Origin: Octopus bimaculoides
Lineage: Eukaryota
Length of the DNA: 42,500 bases
NCBI RefSeq assembly: GCF_001194135.2
Contig: NC_068984.1
Coordinates: forward strand, 47,479,678-47,522,177
Direction: 5' to 3'
In this document: piece after piece, positions 1 through 12,733 of the stretch
Position numbering within the stretch: position 1 is the stretch's first letter
Layout of the letters: every line of letters begins with the position of its first letter
Made by a program: the position numbers and the translations under genes
Notes under the pieces: model-generated
The model's database searches: none
What the model was told of the DNA's origin: nothing
Seen by the model: only the letters and a program-made list of their open reading frames with translations

Positions 1-204
1 ACTCATTTATTGTGCTTTTAATTATTAATTTTTCTATATGTGATAGTGGATTTTCATCGATGAGTTCTTGAAAATTGGTTATTTTCCCTTAAACTATATA
101 TTTTATATATACTTTATCTATAAGGCTCAATTTAATTTTATTTTTTTATAAATTGATTTTAATTGAGTTTTTTACCTGTAATTTTGGATTTTGTCCCTAA
201 TATT

Positions 205-235
<31 letters not shown>

Positions 236-852
236 CATAATTTTGCTCACAAAATAAAAAAAAAATGTATGAAATACAAAGAAATATGGGGAAGGTAAGA
301 AAAGAGATTTATTAATGGAGTTGTTTTTGTGGTCATTGGAAGTGCTGGTTCACAGCTGCGGTTGTTGAGAACATGTGGTTTTTGATATAGTGGCTTTGGT
401 TGTGGAACTGATCGTATGAGTATAGTATTTCGAATACTGGTTAAAACGGTGACAGTTATGACGATAATGATGATGAAAATTACGGTGATTGATAGTTGCG
501 GTTACGAGTATTGAGCGGGGTGAGCACGTTTGGAGATTGTGGTCACAATCGTGGTGTTGGTGGTAGCTATGTATGTGTGGAGTGATGGCAGTGGTGGTAG
601 TGTTGAAGGCGGTAGTGATAGAGGTGAGGATAGCGGCGGTGGTAGTGGTTGCGATGATAATGATGATGGCAGCGGTGCGCTAAGAATGGTAAAGTAGTGG
701 TGATGGTTACAGTATATACATATGAAAGTGGCGGTCTTTGTATTTTTTTCTTCTGCGGAAAGTAGAAGGTGGGTGAAAGGAGAGAAAAGTGAAGATTACA
801 GCAAGGAGTGATAATCTGATAGTAAATGGTTGTCTCTGGTATTTCCGGGGTA

Positions 853-938
853 AGGGAGAGAGAACTTGAAAATCAGACAGAGGAGAGTGGGGGAGAGGGA
901 GAGAGAACTTGAAAATCAGACAGAGGAGAGTGGGGGAG
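853..938. repeat. Two exact tandem copies of a 43-bp GA-rich unit next to a gap
   Basis: agggagagagaacttgaaaatcagacagaggagagtgggggag at 853-895 and 896-938; the gap starts at 953. Confidence 0.9.
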
Positions 939-952
939 AGGGAGAGGGAGAG

Positions 953-1337
953 NNNNNNNNNNNNNNNNNNNNNNNNNNNNNNNNNNNNNNNNNNNNNNNN
1001 NNNNNNNNNNNNNNNNNNNNNNNNNNNNNNNNNNNNNNNNNNNNNNNNNNNNNNNNNNNNNNNNNNNNNNNNNNNNNNNNNNNNNNNNNNNNNNNNNNNN
1101 NNNNNNNNNNNNNNNNNNNNNNNNNNNNNNNNNNNNNNNNNNNNNNNNNNNNNNNNNNNNNNNNNNNNNNNNNNNNNNNNNNNNNNNNNNNNNNNNNNNN
1201 NNNNNNNNNNNNNNNNNNNNNNNNNNNNNNNNNNNNNNNNNNNNNNNNNNNNNNNNNNNNNNNNNNNNNNNNNNNNNNNNNNNNNNNNNNNNNNNNNNNN
1301 NNNNNNNNNNNNNNNNNNNNNNNNNNNNNNNNNNNNN
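953..1337. other. Assembly gap (N-run). Other gaps: 15058-15121, 17025-17377, 18897-18996, 21862-22059, 30817-30908, 31400-31499
   Basis: Runs of n, most flanked by (TA)n, (CA)n or (GA/CT)n. They account for all X-containing ORFs in the track. Confidence 0.99.

Positions 1338-1390
<53 letters not shown>
1338..1390. repeat. (CA)n microsatellite
   Basis: Read directly from the sequence. Confidence 0.97.
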
Positions 1391-1395
<5 letters not shown>

Positions 1396-3061
1396 CCAAG
1401 TATATTTGGGGGAAAGAAAGATAAAATATTAGCGCTTAAAAGAGAAAGTAGACGAAAATATAAAAAAAGAAAACGATTAACAGAAAACTGTAAGAGAGAA
1501 AATGAACGTAAAAAATAACGAGTAGTTCGGAGTGAGGGAGATATGGCGTTCTTGTTTAACATTATCAAGTTTAAACATAGGAAGTATGATTGTGCGTGTT
1601 TGTGTGCATGCGTGAGTGTGTGGGGGTTTCTTTAAATACCGCCAGACCCTCATTTATTTGTGAATTTGTTTAAGTTCATTATACCACAGGCTGATCTAGG
1701 ACAAAATTTTATAAACGAGTTTTACTTCGAAACGGAAGAGAGTAGTGTATTTTAGTTATTTTAGTTACATCGTTAACTAATAAATGACTGACCCCAGTAA
1801 GAGTTAAATTCGCATCAGAGGCTATTTTGTATTAATTTAATTGCTTCGCTCCTCCTTTTTTTTTTCGTTTAGATTTATATTTCAACTCAGAAATTTTCCT
1901 CGGAGCATAACTGAAGTATGTTTAACTATGCCAACCAAATCTGATATTCTGAATTTATGTTGGTATTGCGTGGCATAGCGGATCACTATAGTTTCGCAGC
2001 AATGCAGAGTTGGAGGCTTTATTGTCACCAATTACAGTAGGAACTCGAAGTTATTAATTCAGTTTTGACAGAATCTGAAGATAATGTGAGTGAGAGGTAG
2101 CTATTTCAATCCCAAATGAAATCTAATATACTTCTACTTTTCTAATCTTTTACTGGTTCAAAGTGACAATGTGCATCCACACTGGGATCATGTTAGTTCT
2201 TAGTGTATGTATGTGTGTACGTGCGTGCGTGCGCGTGCACACACATATATATATGACATTTTAGTTCTGATATTTTTGCCTAGCAGCTTAGGTTAAGTAA
2301 TATAAAAAACAATTAACTGCGACAGAAGCAGTATTAATACCAAAAGGTAATCTTTAAGGCCAACTTAACGTGGATGTTGTGTTAGAACACTGAATACTGC
2401 GTTATTTAGCTTGAGAGAATTCTCATATGGAAGCATGGTGCATGAAAGCACTCATATCATTAGCAGGCGATACTCATCTGGTATGGCCGCCGGGACTGCT
2501 AGATCACAGGATTTCGGCCTGCCTAGTCTCCTCAGTGGCAGACGTCTAATAGCGGTGCAACATCCGAATCTCACTGTCAATGGAATATAAAGTTTCAGTG
2601 TTTTTCAAGCACTGATGTCGCAAATACCCAGCAAGCCTATTAAAAATAATAAATAAAAAAATAGGGGCTGTTATTTATTTAATTCTTCCTCCACAATTTT
2701 ATGACCTTATATTTATGTCAAAATACAATATTTAGGTAAATATACTTAAGAACCATAGTTGAGGTTTCCGATTTCTGGTTAAAGTCAAATCTGTAATCTG
2801 TTTCTGGAAAAAAAATCATGTGAAGATATGGAAAACATGAACTTCCCTTATTAATGCTTGATGATAAATTATGGCTCTATATTATATCATATTTCTAAAA
2901 CTTCATTAACTGAGCACCTTGTCAGTCATTTTCGATATATTCACATGACTTTTTCTATTATCGCTGAGTCTAAAACTTATGAATCAACAATGAAATTGAC
3001 TTTCTTCATACATGCGCTATGTAAGTTTAAAATAAAAACGGCTCTACAAAAATTAATCCAC

Positions 3062-3065
<4 letters not shown>

Positions 3066-3141
<76 letters not shown>
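3066..3141. repeat. (CT)n microsatellite
   Basis: Read directly; explains the SLSLSL stretch in ORF 2858..3187. Confidence 0.97.
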
Positions 3142-3147
<6 letters not shown>

Positions 3148-5144
3148 GAATCTTCTTCCATGCAGATATAAAGCTTCACAAGGCTAACGAGTTCTACTCG
3201 CAATTGAATTCTGAGATCACAATTTCATAGATGGAGTACCAAATGTAACAGAGCGTTCCCGTATGAAATGTGAACATCGAAGACCTAAATAAATTTATCA
3301 CAATGCTGAATAGAGAAAGGAATTGATTCAATATTTCAGCTTTAATAAACCCAAATCCCATTTGGTATTTTTCAATAACGACATTTCAATTAAACTGAAA
3401 GGCCTTATTTCAAAACCAGATAGAGTTTACCATTTGCCATCATGAACCATGGCTTCTGGAAAAAAATGTGTCTTGTGTGTATAGAAATACTCAACATATA
3501 CACCATGCGGAAAATCTTCTAAATTTGAGATAATTACACGGACTGCTTGAAACTCTATATCTAGTAAACCAACATATATCAAGATTACAATGTATCTACA
3601 ATAGTAACATTACAATAATTATTTGCCATCAGTACAACAACGAGGAAGCTTCTCCGTAGTCACTCAACGTATAAATATATAACGGCTAAATTTCTCTAAA
3701 AAACACACACTAGTTAAAGTAATCTGTCCAGGGTTTTCTACCAAATGGTTCTATGGTGACGATCAGAATATTCTTAATCAAAGAATGCTTAATCAGCGCT
3801 GACTCGACGCTAAGTAGCAACTTCCAATACAAAAAAATCTCTCACTGATAAATCATTGGATAGTTATACGTTTAAGCCAACATTCTAACACGGAATCAGT
3901 CGTTTACGAACGATAGGAATAACAATTTTTTTTTTTTTTCTCTACAGATCCAGTAGTCGAATAATGTGTTTTGTAGCTTAAACATAATCACTTTGGAAAC
4001 ATTATGCTGTATATGTAATAGGTCATTGCCTTAACAAAATATCAGCACAGTTCATTATACATCACTGAAAGACTTGTTAGAGTGCTAGAAGAAAAGTATT
4101 ACGGAATTCTGTAGCTGTGAAATCTATATCCTCGAGGGAAAAAATAAAATGCGCAACGGAAGTGAAGGGATAAAATGGGGAGAAAAGTGGAAGACAAGTG
4201 AGGAGAGAGATGGAAGAAGATATAGAAGTGGATAAGAGAGAAAAAAGATAGAGTTCTGGGAGTGAGTAAATTAGATGAGAGAGAGCGAGGAAACAGGAAG
4301 GAGAGAGGGGTTAAAAAACGTTAACTTCTGTTTTTGTATAGTTAACTATGAAATCTAATTATTGAGAAAAAATACAACCACAAATACCATGTATGAGTGT
4401 GTGTGTTTGCGTGAACCAGAGAAGAGGAAGGATGACAGAGAATGAGAGAGAACACAGATGAAGAGAAATGAAAGATAAAGGTAGGGGTGAGAAAGATGGA
4501 TATTCCAAATAAAAGTTTCATTTTAGTAGCATCTTGTTTACATGTGACATACCGACATCTGCTGAGCAAGCTAAAATTGCATATGCAGGGAGCTGTTAAT
4601 AATGCTGAAGCAGTGTCTTCATGCATGTTTGCTGTTTACTATAGTAAGTCTTTACGAAAAGAGAAATCAACACGATTTCACTAAACAGTTTAATTTAGTG
4701 GCTCAAAATAGAAATTGTCCAAACTACCACTACTACTACTAATAATAATTATAATAATAGACACAGCGTAATAATGATAATATATCCTAAGAGTAGCTAA
4801 GGTGGTTGTAATCCGGATTACAACAATCATCTAACATCTTCAACGTTTGCTATTCATAATTTGTACAGTGATAGACGATCCCGATAAGTCATATTGCTAG
4901 ATTTGTTTGTGCAATCGAGACAAAGAATGCTTATCTTTTGCTTCAATTTCTTGACCATTGTTGTTGTTGCTATTTGGTCACAGGTCTACTCTGTTCGTGA
5001 AAGCTTCTGGACCAAATAAGTCCCTCTGTAACCGTGACCATCCAATTATTTTCGAGGTATCTAAAACTATATTAAGGTGGTGAAGAGGCAGAGTAGGAGG
5101 CGTGATGTATAAATTGCATAAATTGCTTTGCCGTGATTGCTACA

Positions 5145-5215
5145 GCTCTTTAGGTTCCGTTGAAGTCAACTTTGCCTTTCATTCTTCCGAATTCGATAAA
5201 ATATGGATAAGGTCG
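5145..5215 (+). mobile_element. SINE family A, central-domain fragment
   Basis: gaagtcaactttgcctttcattcttccgaattcgataaaat matches the gaggtcgactttgcctttcatcctttcggggtcgataaatt block of the other copies. Confidence 0.6.
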
Positions 5216-5474
5216 GTGAAATGAAGGAATCGTTAAAGTGCAGAACGAAATACGCAGCGCCATTTGCTCTAGATCATTACATTCTAAATATTTAGGCAAG
5301 ATTCCCGATCCGCGAAAGATCCCAGAGGAAGGCAACGGGAAGCTACCTTTGTACTTCTTGGAGTACACAACTCCATGACAAGCACATATAGTACTTGTCA
5401 AGGAAGTCATCAAAATTGTCCTAACTTGACAGCACAAAAAAAGAGAGTAAGACATTATTTTTCAAGAGAGTAGG

Positions 5475-5545
5475 ATGACATTTGAAGAAGATTTGGCCGT
5501 TATTTCCAGCGGGTTGAGTGGCCACGTAGAAGCTTCCTCACTGAT
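5475..5545 (+). mobile_element. Short dispersed repeat; related pieces at about 27630-27710 (+), 33230-33300 (-) and 39450-39515 (-)
   Basis: A motif like gatttggc(c/t)g(c/t)tattt(c)(c/t)agc...gaccacgtaga recurs in degenerate form at four sites; aligned by eye only. Confidence 0.5.
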
Positions 5546-6743
5546 TCATCTATTTTAATGATTTGATGATGCCATATATATAATATTGTCACAATTGCAT
5601 CCTTAACACTAAGTCTGCTGGCGTCATCAAATACTATATGTCAGCTCTAATCAGCTTTCGACTCTCTCTAAAGCATAAATATAATTATTACTGTAACACT
5701 GTCGATATCTATAGAACAAAGTTACACCTATGTACACAAATAACTAGAGTGTACAAGCCAAGAAGGGAGATCATACGAAATCACCTGATATATTGTAAAC
5801 AGCAGCCGAATCCCTGTCAAAGAATACCTCTACGTTAAAAAAATTTAGATAATGTAGAACGAGATAAAAATATTTCTGGATAAAAGACAAATTAATAGCA
5901 CTGACTTGTCTTCCATCATAATACTATTTAGGGTTAATGTGAGATGAATCAATGTACATATGAACAAAAGCCATTCTAGTGAATGTCAAAAAATCATTTG
6001 CCAATACGCTACAACCAAAAACTAAGAGTTACAATTCCTTCTCTGTGGGTCTTCTATCACAACAATAACTTCTGCCTCTTTGAACTAGTTGGCAGCATAC
6101 TCCTTAGTCACATCTCACCCTACGCCTGTTAACTCCTACTCTAGTTACTCCACTTCTTATATCGCACACTAACATGGTTTTGCCAAATATTCTTCCAATA
6201 GTCGCATGCCATTACAAACTCTTCCCGTGAAGCTTTTTCAAGACATAACGGATTGAATAATTTCATCCTAGACACATGGATCTCACCAGTCTGAGAGACT
6301 ACAAAAGCTACGAGTACTGCTTCTCATCTAACTTTAATATGGAAATAAAAATCACGAACAATAGCCGTCAAAAGTGATTGACCGACATTTTTTTCTCAGA
6401 TTATTTTTAGAAGTTGTAAACTAAATGAAATGAGACTATTTGTCTTCCTAACAAGCCAGATATAGCCTCAAAACCGAAAAACCTAGCCTTCAGTACGAAC
6501 ACGAATATAAAACAAAACTTGAAACAGGAACTATTAAGAGTCAAGTGCTTGGGATCAAGTAAATAAATATAAGTGGTGTTGTTGACAACATAAGTAGCCA
6601 TTAAAAATGCAAGAGATTAATCATTAATTTTACTGATGATCTTTTATTTTATTTTGTACATGCATGTACAGGGGAGTTGAGGCTGGAGGGAACTTTATGT
6701 CATTATTTTACTTTCTTTAGTTCAAGTGGGAGGAAAAGCTGGG

Positions 6744-6774
<31 letters not shown>

Positions 6775-7339
6775 CTGCCGCAGGTCGTAGGGTTTTCTTT
6801 GTATAACAATGTAAATAATTATCATTAGTATGTAGCAAATAATAGAACTGAAATGTGACTACATTTCAGATATAATGAAAACATTAACAATGGAATGCTC
6901 TGCATTGTATCAAAACCAAGTGGGACGGTAAGAATGTGAGAACAATTCGTTTGAGTACCCACAGGAAATTATTAACATCGTTATTAACATTAAGGCGGCT
7001 AACTAGCACAAGAGTTAGAGTGTTGTCAAAGGTCTAGGAGCGTCTCTTTCTACGATAAACACCTAAGTGCCAATCTCAAAATCTTCGCTGTCCCCAACAG
7101 AATAACTTTTTGAGCATGCTCTACTCTCATGTAAATTCCAATTTCCCTGACATTATTTCTCAAACTTGGCTGTTAGTACTCCCAGTGCTCCTACAACTAC
7201 TGAGATGACAGTTACTCTCTTCAATACCCTCACACTTGCAATTTCATCTTTTAGTAACTTTTATTTTTCCATTTTTCCAGTACTTTGTCACCTGCGCATG
7301 CGTCCTCAGGTATAGCAGTATCAACAATCTTGGTTTCCT

Positions 7340-7507
7340 TCTTAGCAGTATTTCGCCCATCGCTACATTCTAAGTTCAAATTCAACCGAGGTCACCTTAA
7401 ACTTTCATCTTTTCGGGGTCGATAATTACCAGTTGAACACCGGGGTCGATGTAATCGACTGATCCCCAACACCCAAAATTGCTGCCCTTGTGGCAAACAT
7501 TTGAGGC

Positions 7508-7546
<39 letters not shown>

Positions 7547-7725
7547 GGCGTCGAGCTGGCAGACTCGTTAGCACGCCGTGCTAAATGCTGAGTGGTATTT
7601 CGCTCGTTGCTACGTTCAAACTCCACCGAGGTCAATAAATTAAGTACCAGTTGAACACTGCTATCGATATAATCAACACATGCCTTCCCCAGAATGTCTG
7701 CGCTTGTCACAAAATTTGTAACCAC
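7340..7725 (+). mobile_element. Two head-to-tail family-A tRNA-derived SINEs (about 7340-7506 and 7545-7725) separated by (TAT)n
   Basis: Head aaggcgtcgagctggcagactcgttagc at 7545; B-box-like gttcaaa; central gaggtc...gtcgataa..taccagttgaacac; hairpin gtcgatgtaatcgac; (TAT)n at 7508-7543. Confidence 0.85.
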
Positions 7726-8151
7726 TTTTATTATAAGGAGAATACAGATGTACTCGATCAGATTTGAACTCATCCCATAAATAAATAGTAAAAGAGACCT
7801 GCTTAATTTATTGGCATTGTTCCAACAGAGTAAAAAAATCGCCGGACTTTGGAGTTATTGTTCCAAAATAATGATTAGGTAAGGGACATGAATGATAAGG
7901 ACTAAATAACAGCACGCACCTTATACGTAAGTAACAAAGCGAAAAAAATAAAAAATAGTACCAAAATGGGTGAGTAGAAATTTTTGTGGCGTCATTGCAA
8001 AGCTGTTGCTGGTTACTGAATGTAAGAGCTTTCACAAATAATATGTGCAGCATTGCCCATAACTTAGTCCCGATTTCTGTTGCATTATATATCTAAAGGC
8101 GTGTGCTCAGATGCGTGCTTTAATTTTTAATAGCTATACATACATACATAG

Positions 8152-8185
<34 letters not shown>

Positions 8186-8446
8186 TCCTACCTTGATTAG
8201 TGTAAAGTGCATGCGTGGTTTAATGTTGAGTATGTGTTGGTCAAACATTGTTGAATTTGAGTGAATACTGAATGGCAACTGTCTCAAACTCGACGGTTTT
8301 AGGAATATTTTATCCAGTGTGTGTATGTGTAGATATGTAAATATACATGCATTTATAAATATACACATATGTGCGTGTTTGCATATATAAACACATATTT
8401 ACAAAAATATATAAATATATACACCAAATCATTGAATATATATCAA

Positions 8447-8766
8447 GGTGCATGACTCAGTGGTTAGAGTATCGGGCTGTAAGTTCCATTCCTGGATCAG
8501 GCTGTGTGTTGTATTCTTGAGCAAGGCACTTTATGTCACGTTGCTCCAGTTCAGTCATTTGTAGGAATGAGTTGCCGCGTCACTGGAGCCAAGGTTTATT
8601 GGGCTCACTTGGACAATATCGGTCGCATGGAGAGAGAGGAGACTGGCATGCATAGGCGACTGCTGGGCTTCCACAAACAAGCTTGCTCGGACTTGTACCT
8701 CGGAGGGGAACATTCTAGGTGTAATACTATGATCATTCGTGACCGAAGGGAGTCTTTACTCTTTAT
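8447..8766 (+). mobile_element. tRNA-derived SINE, family C (CORE-like centre)
   Basis: A-box-like catgactcagtggttagag, degenerate B-box gttccattcc, CORE-like ttcttgagcaaggcacttta, and a ctttactcttta tail running into (GT)n/(CA)n. Confidence 0.75.
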
Positions 8767-8776
8767 GTGTGTGTGT

Positions 8777-8811
<35 letters not shown>

Positions 8812-8984
8812 TATTTATATGTTACAAAGATATACATATATACACATACATAGTAATACGTGTATATACATATACAAATATATACTTGATTTTAAACAGA
8901 ATTCGTCCAGTGCATGACTAACTTAATAGAACCACCCAGAGAAGACATTTAATCACGTTTCATGTTACAGTCATACTTTGGAAT

Positions 8985-9650
8985 TATAGCCCATTTGAAT
9001 GCAGATTTACTTTGTGCAGAGTCATATCTAGGAGTAGGTGATTTACCTGGAATTTGTAGGAGGAATTCGTCCAGAAACCGTTTTAATGTTATGAGAATTT
9101 CCCTTATATGACTTGAAAAGATGTTAAAGAGAGCAGGGCCAGTTGAGGTGAAATAATTGTATCTTAGAGTTAGTTGTAATGTAACGCGGGCATGATTTTG
9201 GCAGAGGACGGATGGTACGGGGACCTAACCTGGGTGTATTTTAAAGTTGATGCCAACATAATTTCGGCAATGTTGATGAAATATTTTGCGCCTCATACAA
9301 ATGAAAAAGCCCAGGGTGCAGTTGAAATGAATAGGCGTTGAGCTTCTCGAGCATATTCCTGTAATCAAGATCCGTCAAACCATCATTATTTTTTGTGATT
9401 GATCACTGGGATGCTTCAAGTTTTATAATGCAATGTTCCGTTAAGGGACCCAAAGCAGACAACAGTATTCAGAAGAGAACGATAGGCTCATGCCTAGAAG
9501 GGAAAGTCCTATGGATCTAGGAGCAAGTCATTCTGACCGTGTTAACCTTGCTGTTTATGCGGGCGCTTCAGCTTAAATTGGTACCGACAGTTACTGCGAG
9601 GTCTCAATCGTTGTATGATGCTACGATAGTTTGCCCAAGTGAGGAGGAAA
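8985..9650 (-). mobile_element. CR1/L2-group LINE, degenerate 3' part of ORF2
   Basis: Minus-strand translation across breaks gives ...DLAVTVGTNLS..., GINFKIHP, RYNYFTSTGPALFNI and KRFLDEFLLQIPGKSPTPRY; homologous to the copy at 38.4-39.1 kb. Confidence 0.8.
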
Positions 9651-10094
9651 GACAAAACATATACATAAGCACACACACGCGCACATAGATAGATACATGG
9701 ACAGATACATACACATATAGATAGATAGACAGACAGACAAACAGAGATGGATATCGTATCACTGTCTTGCCACTCTGGATTTTCACTTTGGGTTCACACG
9801 GTCTCGACGGTTAGTACGGTGTCAGTATCTTCTCGAGGCTACGCAGGGGCACCAAAAGCAATTGTGAAAGTATAGTATATGCCACCGAATCCTATTAGCC
9901 TGCGGGTGATACCTCCCGTATTCCGCGCGCGCGCACACACACAAACACACTAATACCATAGTTGTTTTAGGTGCCTATGCACTCTCGAGCAGACATTGAG
10001 ACCATGTTAGCCCTCCTGCTCTTAACTTAATAGAACATCGATGATGAAACAAATAGAGACAGAAGCAGTAACAGCACTCAGCTGGCACACTGAA

Positions 10095-10202
10095 TGAATG
10101 TGAAGCGACGTGCCTTGATGGTGAACGCACCATCTTGTCAAGGAATCAAACTCACGGCCTTATGACCATGAACCCAGCACTTTAAAATTTAGACTACGGC
10201 CT
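10095..10202 (-). mobile_element. SINE family C head fragment
   Basis: ggaatcaaactcacggccttatgaccatgaacccagcac is the reverse complement of a tRNA-like head; next to a CORE-like gtgccttg. Confidence 0.5.
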
Positions 10203-10914
10203 AAACTGGATAACTACGTGTGTATTTACGCGCGCGTTCGACGCTAACAACGAGAGTAACGATACCTATCACTTTTATGAACATGCTGGCATCAATGACT
10301 GACGGGTTACAACGGTTGAATCACTGTAGTTACCAGGGAAATTATCTGTAACAGATTGGCATTTTGACAGAGTTATTATGTTTTCCTTACTTGCTTTTGT
10401 TTGCATTTATGTGTATCATATTAATATTATGAACAACAACAACAACAGACAATAAACAATTATAGAATTGAGCTTTCTGACAGAGATCATCTTATTTCCA
10501 GACACACCACAAAACATAAATTCAGGGAAGAGAAAGAAATGAAGTGGCAATTCGGGGAGGAAGTTAAGATATTTTGAGATATTAGTATATGCTGTAGGAG
10601 TGGTAGTGCTTTAAGGGGAAACGCAAGGCTGCATTCACTTCTCTCATTATACACACTTACACACAAGCTGATACACACGTGTGTGTGTATATACATGTGA
10701 GCAGATTGCATTTCTCGTGCGTACTACTCTCGGTGTAGAATTTTACAACAGATGTTAACCGCTTGCAGGAAGGTAAATGAAGGAAGAGCTTTGCAGTTAA
10801 TACGCTTCGTAAAGCACGATCCTATACACACGATGACCGATCATTTATTTCTAATATGCTTTCAATCGGTCACTATGGTTTCCTTTAATGACAGTCATAA
10901 ACCTATTTCGCTTG

Positions 10915-11100
10915 GCAGTGGTTTGGTAGAATCATTTGAGCAGTGAACTAAAGACTTCACGGTATTTAGCTGGGCTTCTTTACATTCTGAATTCAAATCA
11001 CGCCAACGTTATCTTTGACTTCTTCAAGGGGAAGGGGTTGATAAAATAAAATATCAGACAAGCACAACCATTTCTTTAATCGACTAATCCATCCCCGAAG
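10915..11100 (+). mobile_element. Degenerate SINE family A
   Basis: tggtagaatcatt...acattctgaattcaaatcacgcc...gataaaataaaata...aatcgactaatcc follows the family-A layout. Confidence 0.6.
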
Positions 11101-11487
11101 AGCGAAACGATGTGACTGCGTTAGAATTCAATATTACTATGGTCTGAGTTCGGATGCATCGCAAATCTAATTTCCCATCTCTCACTAAGTTTGATAAAAG
11201 AAGTAAAATTTAAACACAAGTGGGGAAGATTAAAAATGATAGTATTCAATCCCACAAAATGTGTAGCCTTGTGCAGAAGTAGAATTCACTATCGTTTCCA
11301 TTTGTTCTTGCTTATTTGTTTAGTGTTAGGTTAAACTTAATTTCTCTGGTGATTATGTTTCCCTCTATCACACCGTAATTTTGGTTGTAATTCCGTATGA
11401 AGTAAAGTTATATTATGTTATAATATTGTATTATGGAACACTGATATTAAATGTCAATAGTTCCATGGGCAAGATACACGACATTAC

Positions 11488-11577
11488 ATATATATATATA
11501 TATATATAAGAGAGAGAGAGAGAGAGAGAGAGAGTGAGAGAGAGAGAGAGTGAGAGAGAGAGAAAGAGAGAGAGAGA
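11488..11577. repeat. (TA)n-(GA)n compound microsatellite
   Basis: Read directly from the sequence. Confidence 0.95.
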
Positions 11578-11774
11578 TGGTCTGGACATCGTTACTAGGT
11601 TTGTTAAAAAATAACATCTAAATTTCCCTGAAATTGCACCCGATCGTTTCAAAATATTATTGGATTGCCATGACTTGAACGTCTTTACTGACGAGTTTGT
11701 TCAGTCAGAACAGAACTGGAATTAAACAACAACTAGGCATTTCGTCGCCAACTCACGTACTGTCGTGTTTAGTC

Positions 11775-12000
11775 ACTTATTTCTCTTGCTCGTCTGGCAT
11801 AAGGGGCAGTCCTCATGATCACTGCAGGTATTCATAGATCGATGATAGATGTCATTAATGTTTGTGCTCAACCCCTCTAAAACAAATTTCGTGGGGAACA
11901 TACTATCATGGAATGAATTCAAGAGAGTCGACGATCTAGGGAAGAAAGACACGGTGTAGTGATTAGCCATGAGCCCTGATAGTTGGACACAAGAGTGATG
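11775..12000 (-). mobile_element. CR1/Jockey-group LINE 3' end fragment
   Basis: NHYTVSFFPRSSTLLNSFHDSMFPT...TNIN resembles the typical ORF2 C-terminus (SFFPRTxxLWNSLP...FKxxIN). Confidence 0.6.
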
Positions 12001-12386
12001 ACCCTAATTCAATCGACTGAATTAATTAGTGACCATAAGCATAATACGTCAGTCTGTGTTTCTTAAAATTTTCCTCCAAACGGTGTATGGTTCAGATTTG
12101 GCATGCATATGAAGTTCACTGCCTTTATAACAATATCCTCAACATTATCCATCTTTAATATCTAACTGCAGAACACGTCCTTAAGCATGATGCAGTGGAC
12201 ATTATATAATTGATGGTCAGAGCTCACGGTAGATTTTCTATTTTACTTTTTGACATGCCGATTTTTCAAACATTTCATTTGAAGTGGTCCATCTGTAGCG
12301 AGACTCACATTTTGTGTCAAGCTAACATTTACTTTATCTTTTGTCACTCCTTGGTGATGTTCCCTTCATTATTACCAGTTCCTCAA

Positions 12387-12583
12387 AGCGATGACCTGGC
12401 AGAATCGTTACAGACAAAATGCTTAACTGAATTTATTCCGGCTCTTTATATTCCGAGTTCCGATTTCACCGAGGTCGACTTAGCTTTTCATCTATTCAGG
12501 GTCAATAAGGACCAGTTAAATACTGGGGTCGATGAAATCAACTAGATTCTACTCACAAATTTCAGTCCTTGTGTTAAAATTAG
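12387..12583 (+). mobile_element. SINE family A with a perfect 19-bp target-site duplication
   Basis: Head gcgatgacctggcagaatcgtt; centre gaggtcgacttagcttttcatc; flanked by ATTATTACCAGTTCCTCAA at 12368-12386 and 12584-12602. Confidence 0.9.
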
Positions 12584-12733
12584 ATTATTACCAGTTCCTC
12601 AATTTTTTCTGCTACATGCATATTTTCAGTGCCACATCATTTACATTTGTATTCCCATCAATTGCGACAGGAAATACTGTAAAAGACTTAACTTTGTGTT
12701 TGAGTAGAGTTACCTATTAATTCATCAACTTAC

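Noticed and set aside
300-710. GGT/GAT-rich stretch that could encode Thr/His- or Gly/Val-rich repeats
   Set aside because: Decayed trinucleotide low-complexity DNA with no ORF of 60 aa or more.
707-1568. Long ORFs here and at 14853-15191, 16755-17580, 21646-22289 and 31185-31719
   Set aside because: They are open only because of N-runs and dinucleotide repeats.
5376-5400. 10-bp hairpin tgacaagcac-atata-gtacttgtca; also gcccg-ttca-cgggc at about 21320
   Set aside because: Short imperfect stems are expected by chance in 42 kb; no supporting context.
1873-7878. Plus-strand exon pair 1873-1915 (FIFQLRNFPRSITE) and 7829-7878 (SKKIAGLWSYCSKIMI, claudin-like GLW..C)
   Set aside because: The exons are in phase but very short, with no further support. 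They show how easily such chains arise by chance and serve as a caution for the minus-strand model.
8447-8520. tRNA-like A/B boxes here and at the other SINE heads
   Set aside because: No cloverleaf can be formed and each continues into a SINE body, so these are not tRNA genes.
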